Assembly: GCA_038087875.1 (NCBI GenBank)
Contig: CM075985.1
Coordinates: forward strand, 13,764,001 to 13,828,000
DNA from: Malacoraja senta
Taxonomy: Eukaryota
DNA length: 64,000 nucleotides
Direction: 5' to 3'
Shown: positions 1-13,000 of the stretch, piece by piece
Layout: each line of letters starts with the position of its first letter
How positions within the stretch are numbered: position 1 is the first letter of the stretch
Program-made: the position numbers and the translations under genes
Notes under the pieces: model-generated
The model's input: the letters and a program-made list of their open reading frames with translations, nothing else
The model's database searches: none
Told to the model about the DNA's origin: nothing

Positions 1-537
1 GGACCCAAGCAGTCTTTCCAGGTGCGGCAGAGGTTCACCTGCACCTCCTCCAACCTCATCTATTGCATCCGCTGCTCTAGATGTCAGCTGCTCTACATCG
101 GTGAGACCAAGCGTAGGCTTGGCGATCGCTTCGCCGAACACCTCAGCTCGGTTCGCAATCAGCTCAGTCTCCCGGTAGCTCAGCACTTCAACTCCCCCTC
201 CCATTCCGAATCCGACCTTTCTGTCCTCGGCCTCCTCCATGGCCAGAGTGAGGACCATCGTAAATTGGAGGAGCAGCACCTCATATTTCGCTTGGGCAGT
301 TTGCACCCCAGCGGTATGAACATTGACTTCTCTAATTTCAGGTAGTCCTTACTTTCTCCTCCCCTTCTCACAGCTCTCCCTCAGCCCACTGGCTCCTCCT
401 CTTCCTTTCTTCTTCCTGTGTGTCCCCCCCATCCTCACAACAGTCTGAAGAAGGGTTTTGGCCCAAAACTTTGCCTATTTCCTTCGCTCCATAGATGCTG
501 CCTCACCCACTGAGTTTCTCTGGCATTTTTGTCTACC
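1..537 (+). mobile_element. Penelope-like retroelement 3' part: GIY-YIG endonuclease ORF end plus pseudo-LTR
   Basis: ORF 22-345 reads LIYCIRCSRCQLLYIGETKRRLGDRFAEH...HF...G MN (GIY-YIG with CxxC). It is followed by a pyrimidine-rich UTR and the CTGAAGAAGGG... pLTR unit at 445-537. Confidence 0.9.
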
Positions 538-807
538 AACAGATTCTAGTAGATATTACCTTCAACCTTTATATGAATGGCTTACATGCTGGATTTTGAT
601 TTCTTCATGCTCCCAGGAAACTTGGTACTGCAGCCTCTGTATCTGTACTTAATCCACTAAAGAAAAGAAAAGTCCCGCTGTAGGGGTTGAACTTTGTTGA
701 AGTGTAGTGTTTTCTGCCTTATTGTGAAAATTATATTTACAGTAATTGTGGCTTTCTGCTTTCTGTTAGCTTTGTGGCTATTATGATTTTTTTTTGTTTT
801 ATTGCAG

Positions 808-1011
808 TTTCCCCACATAATTGTGAACTGTGTGGAGTGCTTTTCCTCAAGAATGCTTTTTGAACAAATACTTAACCAACTGCAGGGTAATTGGCTCTCC
901 TCTGAGAATGAATGCATATCATATTTGCGGTGTAATACTCTTAATGAATTTGTTCTACTATTTAAGCAAGTGGTCCGTGAACAGAATCTGCTCAATCAAA
1001 CTGTCTACATT
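808..1011 (+). CDS. ORC5: ORC5 coding exon (exon 3 equivalent)
   Basis: ttgcag|TTT...TACATT|gtaagt; [25 protein letters not shown]...[17 protein letters not shown]; 204 nt. Confidence 0.95.
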
Positions 1012-4000
1012 GTAAGTGATTTTGAAATTACACTGGATTTTTAAAACTTTTAGCTAGGGTTATCGCAGGAGATGTAACACTGTCACGAACATCTCCTCCC
1101 TCACCTCCATCCAGGAACCCCAGCAGTCCTTTCAGGTTAGACAGAGATTTACATGCACCTCCTCAAACCTCTTTTACCTGGGCGAGTCCGGAGTGTAGAC
1201 TAGGCAACCGTTTTGCCGAACATGCGCTCAAGGCTTGCTGGAACACCTCCATTACCAGAGTTAGGCCACATACAAACTGGAGGAACAGCATCTTGTATTC
1301 CGCCTGGGTATCTTACAACCAAAAGTACGAATATTGAATTCTCTAATTTTAGGAGAACCAACAATACCCCACCCCCACCACTTTTTTTTCATCACTCTCT
1401 TTCACATGCTCCATCTGGATGCCCACCGATTATTTCTACTGTCCAGGTGCACTTTTCTGATTATTTTTAGTCAAGTCCATTATTAAATAACCAGGAGATA
1501 GAACAAAGCTACTTTGCTTCTGTAATGATCTCTCATTAATGAATCTTTGATATCAAGACAATAACTGTTCCCCTTTAGTTAATTTATTACAAATACAATA
1601 GACAAAATGCTATTTTGTTAGTAAAATAGATTTCTAAAATTGTTTGCTTATGGATAAAATCGCAAAGTTAGAAACTGCATGTAAATGATTAGATTAGTAT
1701 GGACGGGAGGGAAATATTTATTATTTAATTATTTCATTCATTATTTGCATGTACCATTTAAGGTGTTGGACAATGCAGAACAGCTAAGAGAAATGGATGC
1801 AAACCTGTTGCCAGGATTTTTGAGGTTCCAAGAATTGGTATGTAACTCATTAAGTAACGGTAATTTATCTATACACTGCAATGGCTCGATTGTAATTATG
1901 TATTGTCTTTCAGCTGACTGGTTAACACGCCTTTGAGGGATAGATTGGTTTCATCAAAGAAATTGTTGAGGCAGGATCCATGATCGGGTGGATAGTGAAG
2001 AAGATACTCAGAATTGTACTGATCAGCTGATAAACTGGGCAGGGAGATGGCAGACAAAATTACTCCTAATAAGTTCAAGGTTACGTGTTTTAGCAGGTCT
2101 AGTTAGGATAGGATATACACCATAAACGTGAGGGCTTGGGAAGTATTGAGGAACAAAGGGAACTTGGTGTTCAAACAAAGATTCTTGAAAGTAGCAGTAC
2201 TGGTGGATATGGTAAAGTAGGCAGCAAATGGTATTCTTGCCTTCAATAATTGTGACGGATTATAAAATCGGGGATTTAATTTATAAAACATTGGTTAGGC
2301 TATTGCACATTGCTTGGGATAGGATGTTTTCGTTATAAGGAGAGACTGGGTAGGCTGGGATTCCTTTCCTTGCGGCTATGGAGGAACCTAATAAATCTAC
2401 AAAATTAGGAGATGCATCAATAGGGTACATAGTAAGAATCTTTTCTCTGGCAGAGAGGTGTCTCGCACAGTTTTTAATTTCTGACATAAAGATGCTCTTG
2501 AGCATCTATCTAGTATAACTATCTAAAGCAATTTCACTGAGTGTGTGCTGCTCAATCAATAGATTGGAATTAAAATCAATACAGATCCATCACCGATTTT
2601 CCGCCACCCTTGGTTTCAGAGCCTTTCCAGATAATACGTTTTTTGCCGGACCAACAGAGGTGACGGTCTCTGAGAGGAGTCCACTATACCAGAACAGTCC
2701 ACCAAGGCAGTCAAAGAGCTGAAATATCGGCTCGCAAAGTCGGCATCGGAATTCAGCTATGGAAACGGATCTGCCGGATCCGTCTGGGCCATTCCAGAGC
2801 CCCAGCTGCAAGGGGCATATTCGACCCGCCGATCGGCTGCGGAAGTCCCGATGAAATCGAGATCAGCCTCACCCGGCCTAGGTGCAAATTTTCAGGGGTG
2901 CTTCTGGGGGGGTGGGGGAAATTTCAAGTGCGCTCTCGTAATTTTGTCAGGATTGAAGGAGGTGCCGGACCACCAGTTGCCTGTAAATCGGTGCTGGACC
3001 TTGTATTTAAAAACAACAAGGTGTAACAGGACAAAAATTAATACAATGCAAATAATTAGAATTAATGTGAACAATGATCACATCGTTTTTTAAAGTAAGT
3101 ATGGAATATCATACATTTATCAACATTGTCAACAATTGTAATTGTAATTTATTAAAGTTGTCAACAATTGTCTTGTTCACAGGCTGAAACAAATGTCACT
3201 GTTATTTTCATCAGTGAAATTGTCTGGGAAAAATTTCGGCCAAATACTGGCTGCTTTGAGCCTTTAACTTTGTATTTTCCGGACTACAGCATAGGTAAAC
3301 TGCCTCTATACAGTTTTTATTTTTTGATAGCTTGTAGTCTCACTTTTCTTTAAAAAAAATCATGTTTCAATCATGTATCATTTTAATCATTAGACTTTAT
3401 GAATTGAAATTCCATACTATTATGTTTAGAAACATAGCAAATAGGTGCAGGAGTAGGCCATTCGGCCTTTCGAGCCAGCACCGCCATTCAATATGATCAT
3501 GGCTGATCATCCAAAATCAGTACCCTGTTCCTGCTTTCTCCCCATATCCCTTGATTCCGTTAGCCCTAACTCTTTCGTGAAAACATCTAACTCTTTTGTG
3601 AAAACATCCAGTGAATTGGCCTCCATTGCCTTCTGTGGCAGAGAATTCCACAGATTCACAACTTTTTGGGTGAAAAAGTATTTCCTCATCTCAGTCCTAA
3701 ATGGCCTACCCCTTATTCTTAAACTGTGACCCTTGGTTCTGGACTTCCCCTATCATCAGGAACATTTTTCCTGCATCTAACCTGTCCAATCCCTTAAGAA
3801 TTTTATATGTTTCTATAAGATATCCTCTCATCCTTCTAAATTCCAGTGAATACAAGCTCAGTCGATCAATTCTTTCATCATATGTCAGTCCCGACATCCC
3901 GGGAATTAACCTGGTGAACGTATGCTGCACTCCCTCAATAGCAAGAATGTCTTTCCTCAAATTAGGAGACCAAAACTGCACACAATACTCCAGATGTGGT

Positions 4001-7000
4001 CTCACCAGGGCCCTGTACAACTGCAGTAGGACCTCTTTGCTCCTATACTCAAATCCTCTTGCTATGAAGGCCAACATGCCATTTGCTTTCTTCACTGCCT
4101 GCTGTACCTGCATGCTTACTTTACTTTTTCCAAAGTAAATTTGCTGCTCAGCCCAGTTAAGCTTCTCCACCCCAGTTTCTTCGAGTCTTAGGCTTGCATG
4201 TTATGAATTCTAAATGGAAAGTGCACAGGTTGGATTTTTTTTTTTTAAAGAGCCCCACCAAATAGGTAACAGATTCCATTCTCAAAATAATTTAACATAG
4301 ATCAATAATTTGCTATTAATTCTATCAGCTGCAACTGCAACTATGACTTTGCAAAGTCATTCATTTTCTCCCATATTAATATCATCCAAATATATTTCAT
4401 TGTTTATTACTTAATATAAATTGGTTTCTGTTGAAGTACTTGAGAATTGTAATCTACCTCCAGCATAGAATAAAATAGGATGGTGAATTAGTGACGTTCT
4501 GCTCTTGCTTATTTGTAACTTCCCTTCTTACAATTTGATATTGTTTATTGCTCTAAACTCCTCTGCAGATTGATACACAAATTTAAATGTATTGTGGCAT
4601 TTACTATTAATTAATCTTCGTATTCTTAACAGATGACATCCTGAAAATTCTTTCATGCGATTATCCTCCGGAATTTTCTGCAGATTTTTACATGTCTTAC
4701 ATTAACATACTGCTTGGAGTATTCTATACTGTCTGTCGGGATTTGAAGGAGCTGAGACATTTGGTATGTTTTTTTTTACTGGTTGAAGAATCTATTGAGA
4801 AAGTATTTTGTTTTCTTCTTCCATTACTGCACATCCCCTGCTCAGTATCTCTGACTGCTGTTGGATTTGGTGGCCAGTACATTCACACTGCTTTTCACAG
4901 TCACAGAGGTATGAAGTGTGGAAACTGCATCTTGCCAAAGGTGTAAGACCTTGTACAAATATAGATAAAGAAATTTCACATAGGCAAAATTGGCATGTGC
5001 AATAAAACAGACTTTGTAGATTTGAAGTACGTGGATATAAGAAAATTCTGATTCGTAGACTGAGAAATCAGTCGACCAATTTAGAACAGTGAGTTGTGAT
5101 TAGTTGGCAGGTTAAAATTTTGAGCTTTTAATATTTCAAATAAGTATGACCATTTAAAAGCTGTTCTGCAGAGTTGCAGAAACCTCTAGTTATCATTGAA
5201 ATTAACTTTGGTGGAAATAAAAAATAGTGCCAGAATTTTTTTTTTTAATGACATCAAAAGTCAAGAAATATTTGGTATTAATAGGCTATGTCTTGTCATG
5301 TTTACCATCACCACTGTCAGTGTGTTGGAAAGCAATGCGGCTAAATGCATATTCAACGTTATGCTGCAACAATTTATTTTTCTAGTTGTTGAAGACAAGT
5401 AATTGTAGTCAGTGACAGTCTTGTCCAAGTTTAATTTTCTCCAATCCAGAGATTTTTATATAATTGCGGGGAAGTCATATTTATTTACAATTGGGTATTT
5501 TTATTTTCAGTATTACCACAAAGTAGATGCTGTAAAAATGTTTGGGATGTACAAAAAATGAAATGGTATGATATATTTTCTTCTTCAACGAGAGCAAAAT
5601 ATTGGAAATGGAAAACTGAAACAAAAGAGGAAATGCTGGAAAGTAGTAGGTCAGGCAGCCTCCACAGAGAGAGTAACAGGTGAATCTCTCCTGAGAATAG
5701 TCAGATCAGTGTATTGGAACACATGCAGGTAACATCTAAAAACCAGTAGTCAAAAATGATGGAAATTGAGCTTAATTGGTCATTATTTAAATTTCACAGT
5801 GCAACATTTATACTGTTTAGAGGGTTTTATTGAAATAAATTGTGATTTTAAAATAAAGTTCAATTATTGTTGAAATGTGAATTAATTAATCTTTTATGTG
5901 TTCTGAAAATGTCTTTGGGTTGCCCGATAGAAAGTTCCTACTGGGTCAGTACTGATATTAGTCCATTTATTTTAAGATGTTTTGAATTCATTGAAGCTGA
6001 CTGCTATTAACTCTGAGGACTAGAATGCTACCTCCCTGTGTGGTATTTGGGCACCTCACTTGCTTGCTAGATGGTAGCTCCCAATTTTCAGCAGTGTTTC
6101 TAATTCCCATTTTGGACGATTATCCTAAAGGCATCACATATAGAAAAGATTCTAAATATTCCAATATCACACAAAAAAAATGACACAATGCTGGATTAAC
6201 TTAGTGGGTCAGGCTGCATCTCCGGAGGACATATTTTCCAGAGATGCTGCCTGATCCGCTGATACTCCAGTACTTTGTGTTTTTTTGTAAAGCAACAGGG
6301 CGGCACAATGGTGTAGTGGTAGGGTTGTCAGAGACTCTGGTTCGATCCTGATTATGGGTGCTGTCTGTGCAGAGTTTGTACTCTCTCCCTGTGACTGCGT
6401 GTGTTTACTCTGGGTACTCCAGTTTCCTCCCACACTCAAGACGTACAGGTTTGTAGGTTAATTAGCTTCAGTAAAATTATCCCTAGTGTGTAGGATAGCG
6501 TAAGTGTACGGGGTGATCGCTGGTCGGCGCAGACTCAGTGGGCCTAAGGGCCTGTTCCTGCGCTGTATCTCTAAAGTCTAAAGTCAGCATCTGCAGTTCC
6601 TTGTGTCTAAATTACTCATCAATTGTCTTGATCAATACAAATGTTGTTGTTAGCGATTGGGAAATTAGAAAGATTGGCATTATATTCAATAGGGTCATTG
6701 TGGGCTGTAGGGCCTATTCTGCTGCTGTACAGTTCTATGTTTAATATACTGAGAGAATTCTGCTTGAGGGTAGTTTATCATTTTTTTTCTTGCATCATGC
6801 TGAGAATGAGAGAGTTGATTTAATGGTCCAGAATTTAGTCATTGGTGAGCCATACGCATTTGTTGGAAACTGAAGAATTGCACCATACTTGCTTGCTTCT
6901 GCCAAGTAGGAGCTTATGGAGAGAGGCTAACTCCATATGTGGCGGTAATGAGCTCCTGTGAAATAAATAGTATCAGTAGGACGGCACCGTGGCGCAGCGG

Positions 7001-10000
7001 TAGAGTTGCTGCCTTACAGCGCTTGCAGCGCCAGAGACACGGGTTCGATCCCGACCACGGGTGCTGTCTGTACGGAGTTTGTACGTTCTCCCCTTGACCG
7101 CATGGGTTTCCTCCCACACTCCAAAGACGTACAGGTATGTAGGTTAATTGACTTGGTGTTTGTGTAAATTGTCCCTAATGTGTGCAGGATAGTGTTAATG
7201 TGCGGGGATCGCTGGTCGGCACGGACTCGGTGGGCTGAAGGGCCTGTGTCCGCGATGTATCTCTAAACTAAACTATACTTTGGGAAGCCAGAAAACTTGC
7301 CCAACATGTAGTTGAAGTCTATGACAGTCACGGCCCAAATGTAGTCAGTTATCGGAGCTGTCACAAATTCTGCTTCTGACATCCAAAAACATTTAGAAGC
7401 ATGCAAAGTGTATTATAATCTATTTAAACTGTGGGAAAACGTTATTAAAACATCTGAATTCTAATTTAAAAAATAATGTCAAAGATTTTTAAAAAGAATC
7501 AAAATTAATTTAGTCCCATGGCAGCCCTTCCATTGAAATGATTGAGGAAGTTGTCTGTGCTGTCAGTCCAATCTATATAAGGCCTCCGTTGCCATGCTGT
7601 GAGAACGGAGAGGTTGAGAAGGAGTTTCTTCCCAAAGGCCATTAGGACTGTAAACTCCTATCACACCAGGGACTAACTTTACTGTACCACTCTACTGATT
7701 TTTAAAAAATTGCTGGGGGGTTTTCCTTCCGCCCACAATATTTAATATGTAAAAGAATATGTGATTCTGTTCCATTCTGTTTGTAGTTTGTTTGTTTGTT
7801 TTTTTTTTTTTTTTGCACAAAGTCCGCGAGTATTGCCACTTTTCATTTCACTGCACATCTCGTATGTGTATGTGACGAATAAACTTGACTTGACTTGTAT
7901 TAACGCGGTTGTATCTTCATAACTAGAGGAAATTGCCATTGCTTTATCACGTAAAACTTAGTGATGAGTCCAGTGTCGGTAAGGTGGGCAAACGACTAAA
8001 CAGTTCATAATTTTTGGACATCTGAGCATGCGCATAAATTAGAACATTGCAGTGTTATGCAGGAATCATTGAGAAAGATGTCAGAGGCTGCTAATGAAAT
8101 ATTCAGATGAATTTTTAGTAGTGAAATTAATGAAATCAATATACCTTCAACTGATGTGCCTGTTTGTGTGTTTTATTTCAGGCTGCAATAAATTTTCCTA
8201 AGTTCTGTGAACCTGTTCAAAAAGGGGATGGTAAGCCACAGAGAAGATGTTAGTTTTTAAACAGATGCAGTGAGAAACTGAAAGTAACTTAGAATCTCTT
8301 GAAATGGTTTACTTTTTAAAATAAGTTGTAATGTCAATTTCTATCTTTTCCAATGTCCAACTTTCCATTGCCATTACTACACAGGTAAGTAGGAGTGATC
8401 TTACGCGGAGCAAATAGAACAGATCTTCCAGTTGTTATTTCCATTTTAATTGATTCTTTATTGAAGTAGTTGTACAAACAAAGAGATGAACATACCAGGT
8501 TCTCCTTATTCTCATACAAGTTGTAACTTTCTGTTCTCCCTGATCTGGTGAGAACTCTGTACTCTCCACTTCCTGTGCTTGGTCTGAATCACTCCCTGTC
8601 CCCCAAGCCCATATGTTACGCTCCTCTATGCATCAAATGACTGCCCCCAAGTGTCCAAAATAATACTGCTAGAAATATCTAGACAAAATAATATAATATG
8701 CCAGCAGTAATTAGCCTAAACATAAATGGCTCCCACAGAAGTATTCATTGTTAAATGACCTCCAGAAAATGCAACTTCTTCATGATTACGAGGGCATGTC
8801 AGATTCCAAATAGTTAACTTTTATTTTTTATCCGTGATTAGCCGACAAAAGTACAGTTTGATTAATGCACCAACTTGTTCATACTATAGCCGTTTCATCT
8901 ATGCCAAATTTTCCAACACAAAAATTGAATTTAAAATTACAAACAAAATGGGATGGCTGAATTTCGCAGAATATAACCTACCAAGTAAAGTCCCTACTCC
9001 CGGGCCTTACCAGATTGAAAACTCAGCAATTGTTTGCTTTTTAAATGACTCCATGATTCCTGTGCTAGTATGTTTTATTGTACTCTGTACTTGCAAGTGT
9101 ATTTTAATTATGATCTCTCCATCTTAATTTTTTATTTTGAGAATTATCACACTACTTGTGATCGAGATTAAACTTTGAAGCTTTTCTAATCTTTCCCACC
9201 AGTTGATTTCTTAATCTTTACAGGCTCTCAATGAATTTAATGTCTTCTTGTGTCCTGATTTGTAACTTGGTATTGTGACAGCACGCTCTCCCATGGCTGT
9301 CGCGTTGATCCCTTTAACTGGCTGACAGGCCACGAGAGGCCAATCCTCTATTATTGGTAACAACTTGGTCTAATTAGCTGGTATTGGGTGGCCACTTGAA
9401 CCTTGTTAGGCTATTCCCTATAAACTGAGAGATAAACAGAATGAGAGTAGAAGAAAGAAAAAAGCGGAGCGCCTCCCAGTTAGCTGTGTTCCTCTGTCAC
9501 AAGTTTGAGGAAGTCTGAGCCACGGACAAACCCGAGACCATCTGCATGCTCAGAAAAGTTCAAAATGTCAGTTGGAGGGACCACATCACCAACCCCCTGC
9601 TCTATGGGGAGAATCCACCTCTGACCGAGAAGATCAGGTCGAGAAGGATGAGGCTCGTTGGTCACTGCCACCGCCACCCAGAAATGCCAGCAAAGAGGGT
9701 TGTGCTGTGGGAACCCACCTATGGAAGACGTGACCTGGGGCCAATCAAGACGATGCTGAAGACGTTGATAGAAGACACATGTGTAGAGACAAAACAGGAA
9801 CTTGCCAGCTGCGTGGAGGACAGAGATGTGTGGTGCGTCCATCACCATGCCCGTCGGACACCAGCACCACTGCATCGCTAAATGTTTTCAACGATGATGA
9901 ATGAATGAACATTGTATTGAAGTTTAATAACTATTTTTAATAGTTCATGAAAATGCAGTTTTCTAGAAGTGTGGATTAAACTAATGCAGATGTGAGATTC

Positions 10001-13000
10001 GAGCTGAACTTATTTTTTGGTTTTTCTCAGAGTTTTGTGAGTACAGGTCCACCATCAATTTTCCAACAGTTTGGTTCCAGAGCCTTTCTGGCTTATCCAT
10101 TTTGCCGTCGGAGTTCCAGAGCCCCAGCTGTAAGCAGCAAATTCGACCCGCTGATCGGCCGCAGAGGTCCTGATGAGGTTGAGATCGGCCACCTCACCCA
10201 GCCTTGGCGCCACATTTTCAGGGGAACTTCCGGTGAAGGGGGCTTTGTCCGGATTAAAGGATCGGGAGGTGGGGGGCTGGGTGGTGGTTGTGGTGGACCA
10301 CCAGTTGCCAGAAAATCCGTGTGAACCTGCACTGAGGGGAAAATACAGTAAATCTCTGCTGTGTTTTGTGAGGAAAATAAAATGAATTTGGGTCAGAGCA
10401 CTTTCCTGGTGCATAAGAATATTTTTTGCAAGTCGAAAAGATACCATCAGAAAATGTTCTTGCCATTTTAGAGGGGACGGTTACATATATTGGAGAGCTT
10501 CTATCAAGGTATAGAGGGGGGGGGGAAAGAAAATGCAGATACAATGTTTGCAAATCCTCTTTTTTTCCCTAGCCAGTGAAGAGGATACTCGTCGGCTGTG
10601 GAGAAATATTGAACCACACCTTAAAAAAGCAATGCAAACTGTTTATCTGCGAGAAATATCAAGGTAATAATCTTATGAATAAAACAAATTTTGCGATACT
10701 TGGTGCAAGGTGGCAGCACCAAGGCTTGCAAGTATGTGGTTTGAATGTGATGTTTTCTGAACTGGAAGCGGAACTGTTACCATCTGAACAAAGCTTATGC
10801 AGAACTTTAGTAAAGAGTATGGATCTTCTGTGCCACAACTAAAGTTATCTGGGATCTGAATACAATAGTAATGTTTAATTGGTAACTTGACATATCTGAC
10901 ATAGTCAAGAAAGTTTTATTGTCATTTTCCGAAACGGAACAATGAAATTCTTACTTGCAGCAGCACAACATAGTATTCTGTAAGCAGAAATGTGTAAAAT
11001 TGTTCCCATAGATTGGTGTATTGATCATTGATATATTGATGTATTCTAAAGTTTAAACTTTAATTATAGACATGTTCGTTTTCTTTTCACCAGCTAAAGT
11101 TGTCTTGGATTGCTGATTAATTCAAGACAAAAAAATAATCTGCTCCATAACTTGCCAGTAAAATAAAAAAATAAATAAGCAGTGTTATTTCAAGCTCATT
11201 TGCACCAGATCAAAATGCTTATTTGCTCAAATTGTTCAAAGTAGAATGTTCAACTTTCATTCTGTTAACTGCTAATACAGATAAAGTTAATAAAATGAAA
11301 TATTATCTCATGCTTCAGTTCTCAGTGGGAGAGGCTGCAGCAGGAAGATGAAGATAGTGGACACTTGAAAGGTAGTACAATCTTATTTAATTGACCAGAG
11401 AAATATTTTCCTTCTGTTGCTGCTGATCAGATCAATTTTAGTAATGTATGAATTGCAAAGAAAGTCTTGCTTGACAATTACAAATATTAATCTGTCTCAT
11501 TTAGGATTACAGTGATTTTTTTTAAATCCACTCCCGTACAGATTAATCTATTGTTGTTAGCAGTAATATTGACACTCTATAACCACTTCTACAGCCTTTC
11601 TGCAGGGTTGCTCTCCAGCACTCCAGGTTTTCTTATCTGGTGACTTATTGCATATGTTCTCTCATCCACCTGCTCCCTTGACTGCCAAGAAGTGCTAAAA
11701 CATGCAATGCCATAAAATATATAGATTATCAATTTAGAGTTTACAAATAATGTACATGACTTTTTTCTGGACAAAGGAGCAGAAAAGTTTATCCATCTAC
11801 AGCTACCAGGAGGATTTAAAGTAACTTTGGATCAAAGGAGGGAAAAAAGCAATATGGACAAATAAAGCAATAAGCCTGAAGATTGGGAAAATATCAGAGC
11901 TTGACAAAAGACCAATGCATTGATAAAGAATGTGTTGGTGGCTTATAAGACTAGAGTAGTAAAAAACATATTAATTCAGATTGTAGGAGATTCTATTAAC
12001 ATGTAAAAATAAAAATAAATGAAATCAATTAGACTGACAGAAGTAAAATTATATTGAGAAATAAAATGGCAGAAAAATTAATGAGGGGTTGTAGAAAATC
12101 ACCTGGGCATAATGGCAAATTACAGGTTTAGATCTATCTTCAAAAAATTAATATGTTTATAAAAGGGTATTGGATTATTTAGTGGGAATGAAAAGATTAT
12201 GGTTCCCACAGATTGGAAGGCAGCAAATGTAACCAAACTAAGATAGGACGGAGAGTAAAAGGTGGGAGCTGGACACCAGTTAGACTGATATCCATAGTTG
12301 GGGAAAAAGCTTGAATTTATTATTGAGGAAAAGGCAATTGGGGGCATAAAATAATATCAAGTCGAGTTAAGTTTATTGTCATATGCACAAGTATAGTAAG
12401 GTGCAGGTAAAATGATTTTATGAAAATCTTGCTTGCAGCAGCAACAAAGGCTCAAAGACTCAGACAACACACATAAGCATAAATTACACAAATTCTACAA
12501 GATAGAAAGAAAATGACTTCAAAACACGTTATCCAGATGATAGGGGTCCTGGAGTATATACACTGCATTCTTGAGATAGTGTCTCATGTAGTAACTTCCT
12601 ATGGTGGTGAAGGTAGTGCCCATGATGGAATGGGCTGAATCTACAATCCTCTTGCATTCCTGTGTGTGAATTGCCATATCAAGCCATGATGCCACTTACC
12701 AGTCTTCTGTGCATCTGTAAACGTTTGTTAGTGTTTGATGATATGCCGAGTAACTTTAAACTTCTAAGAAAGTTGAGGCACTGTCCCAGCATAGGTCATT
12801 CAAGATCTTAATGCCACGGAATTAGAAGTTGATAATTAACTCTTGGTTATTAGATTTTATTTGTTTTAATGTCCAGAAATGTTTTCACATTCAACACCTT
12901 ATTAAGAGCGGTGTTGTAATTTATTACCTGGAACAAGCATATTCAAAGTGGAGCATAATTAATCTTTTCAAAACTGCAAACAAAATTCATTTTTGATATA

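Noticed and set aside
6979-7060. tRNA gene
   Set aside because: The A/B boxes belong to a SINE head that continues into the V-domain and LINE tail; no complete cloverleaf or T-run terminator.
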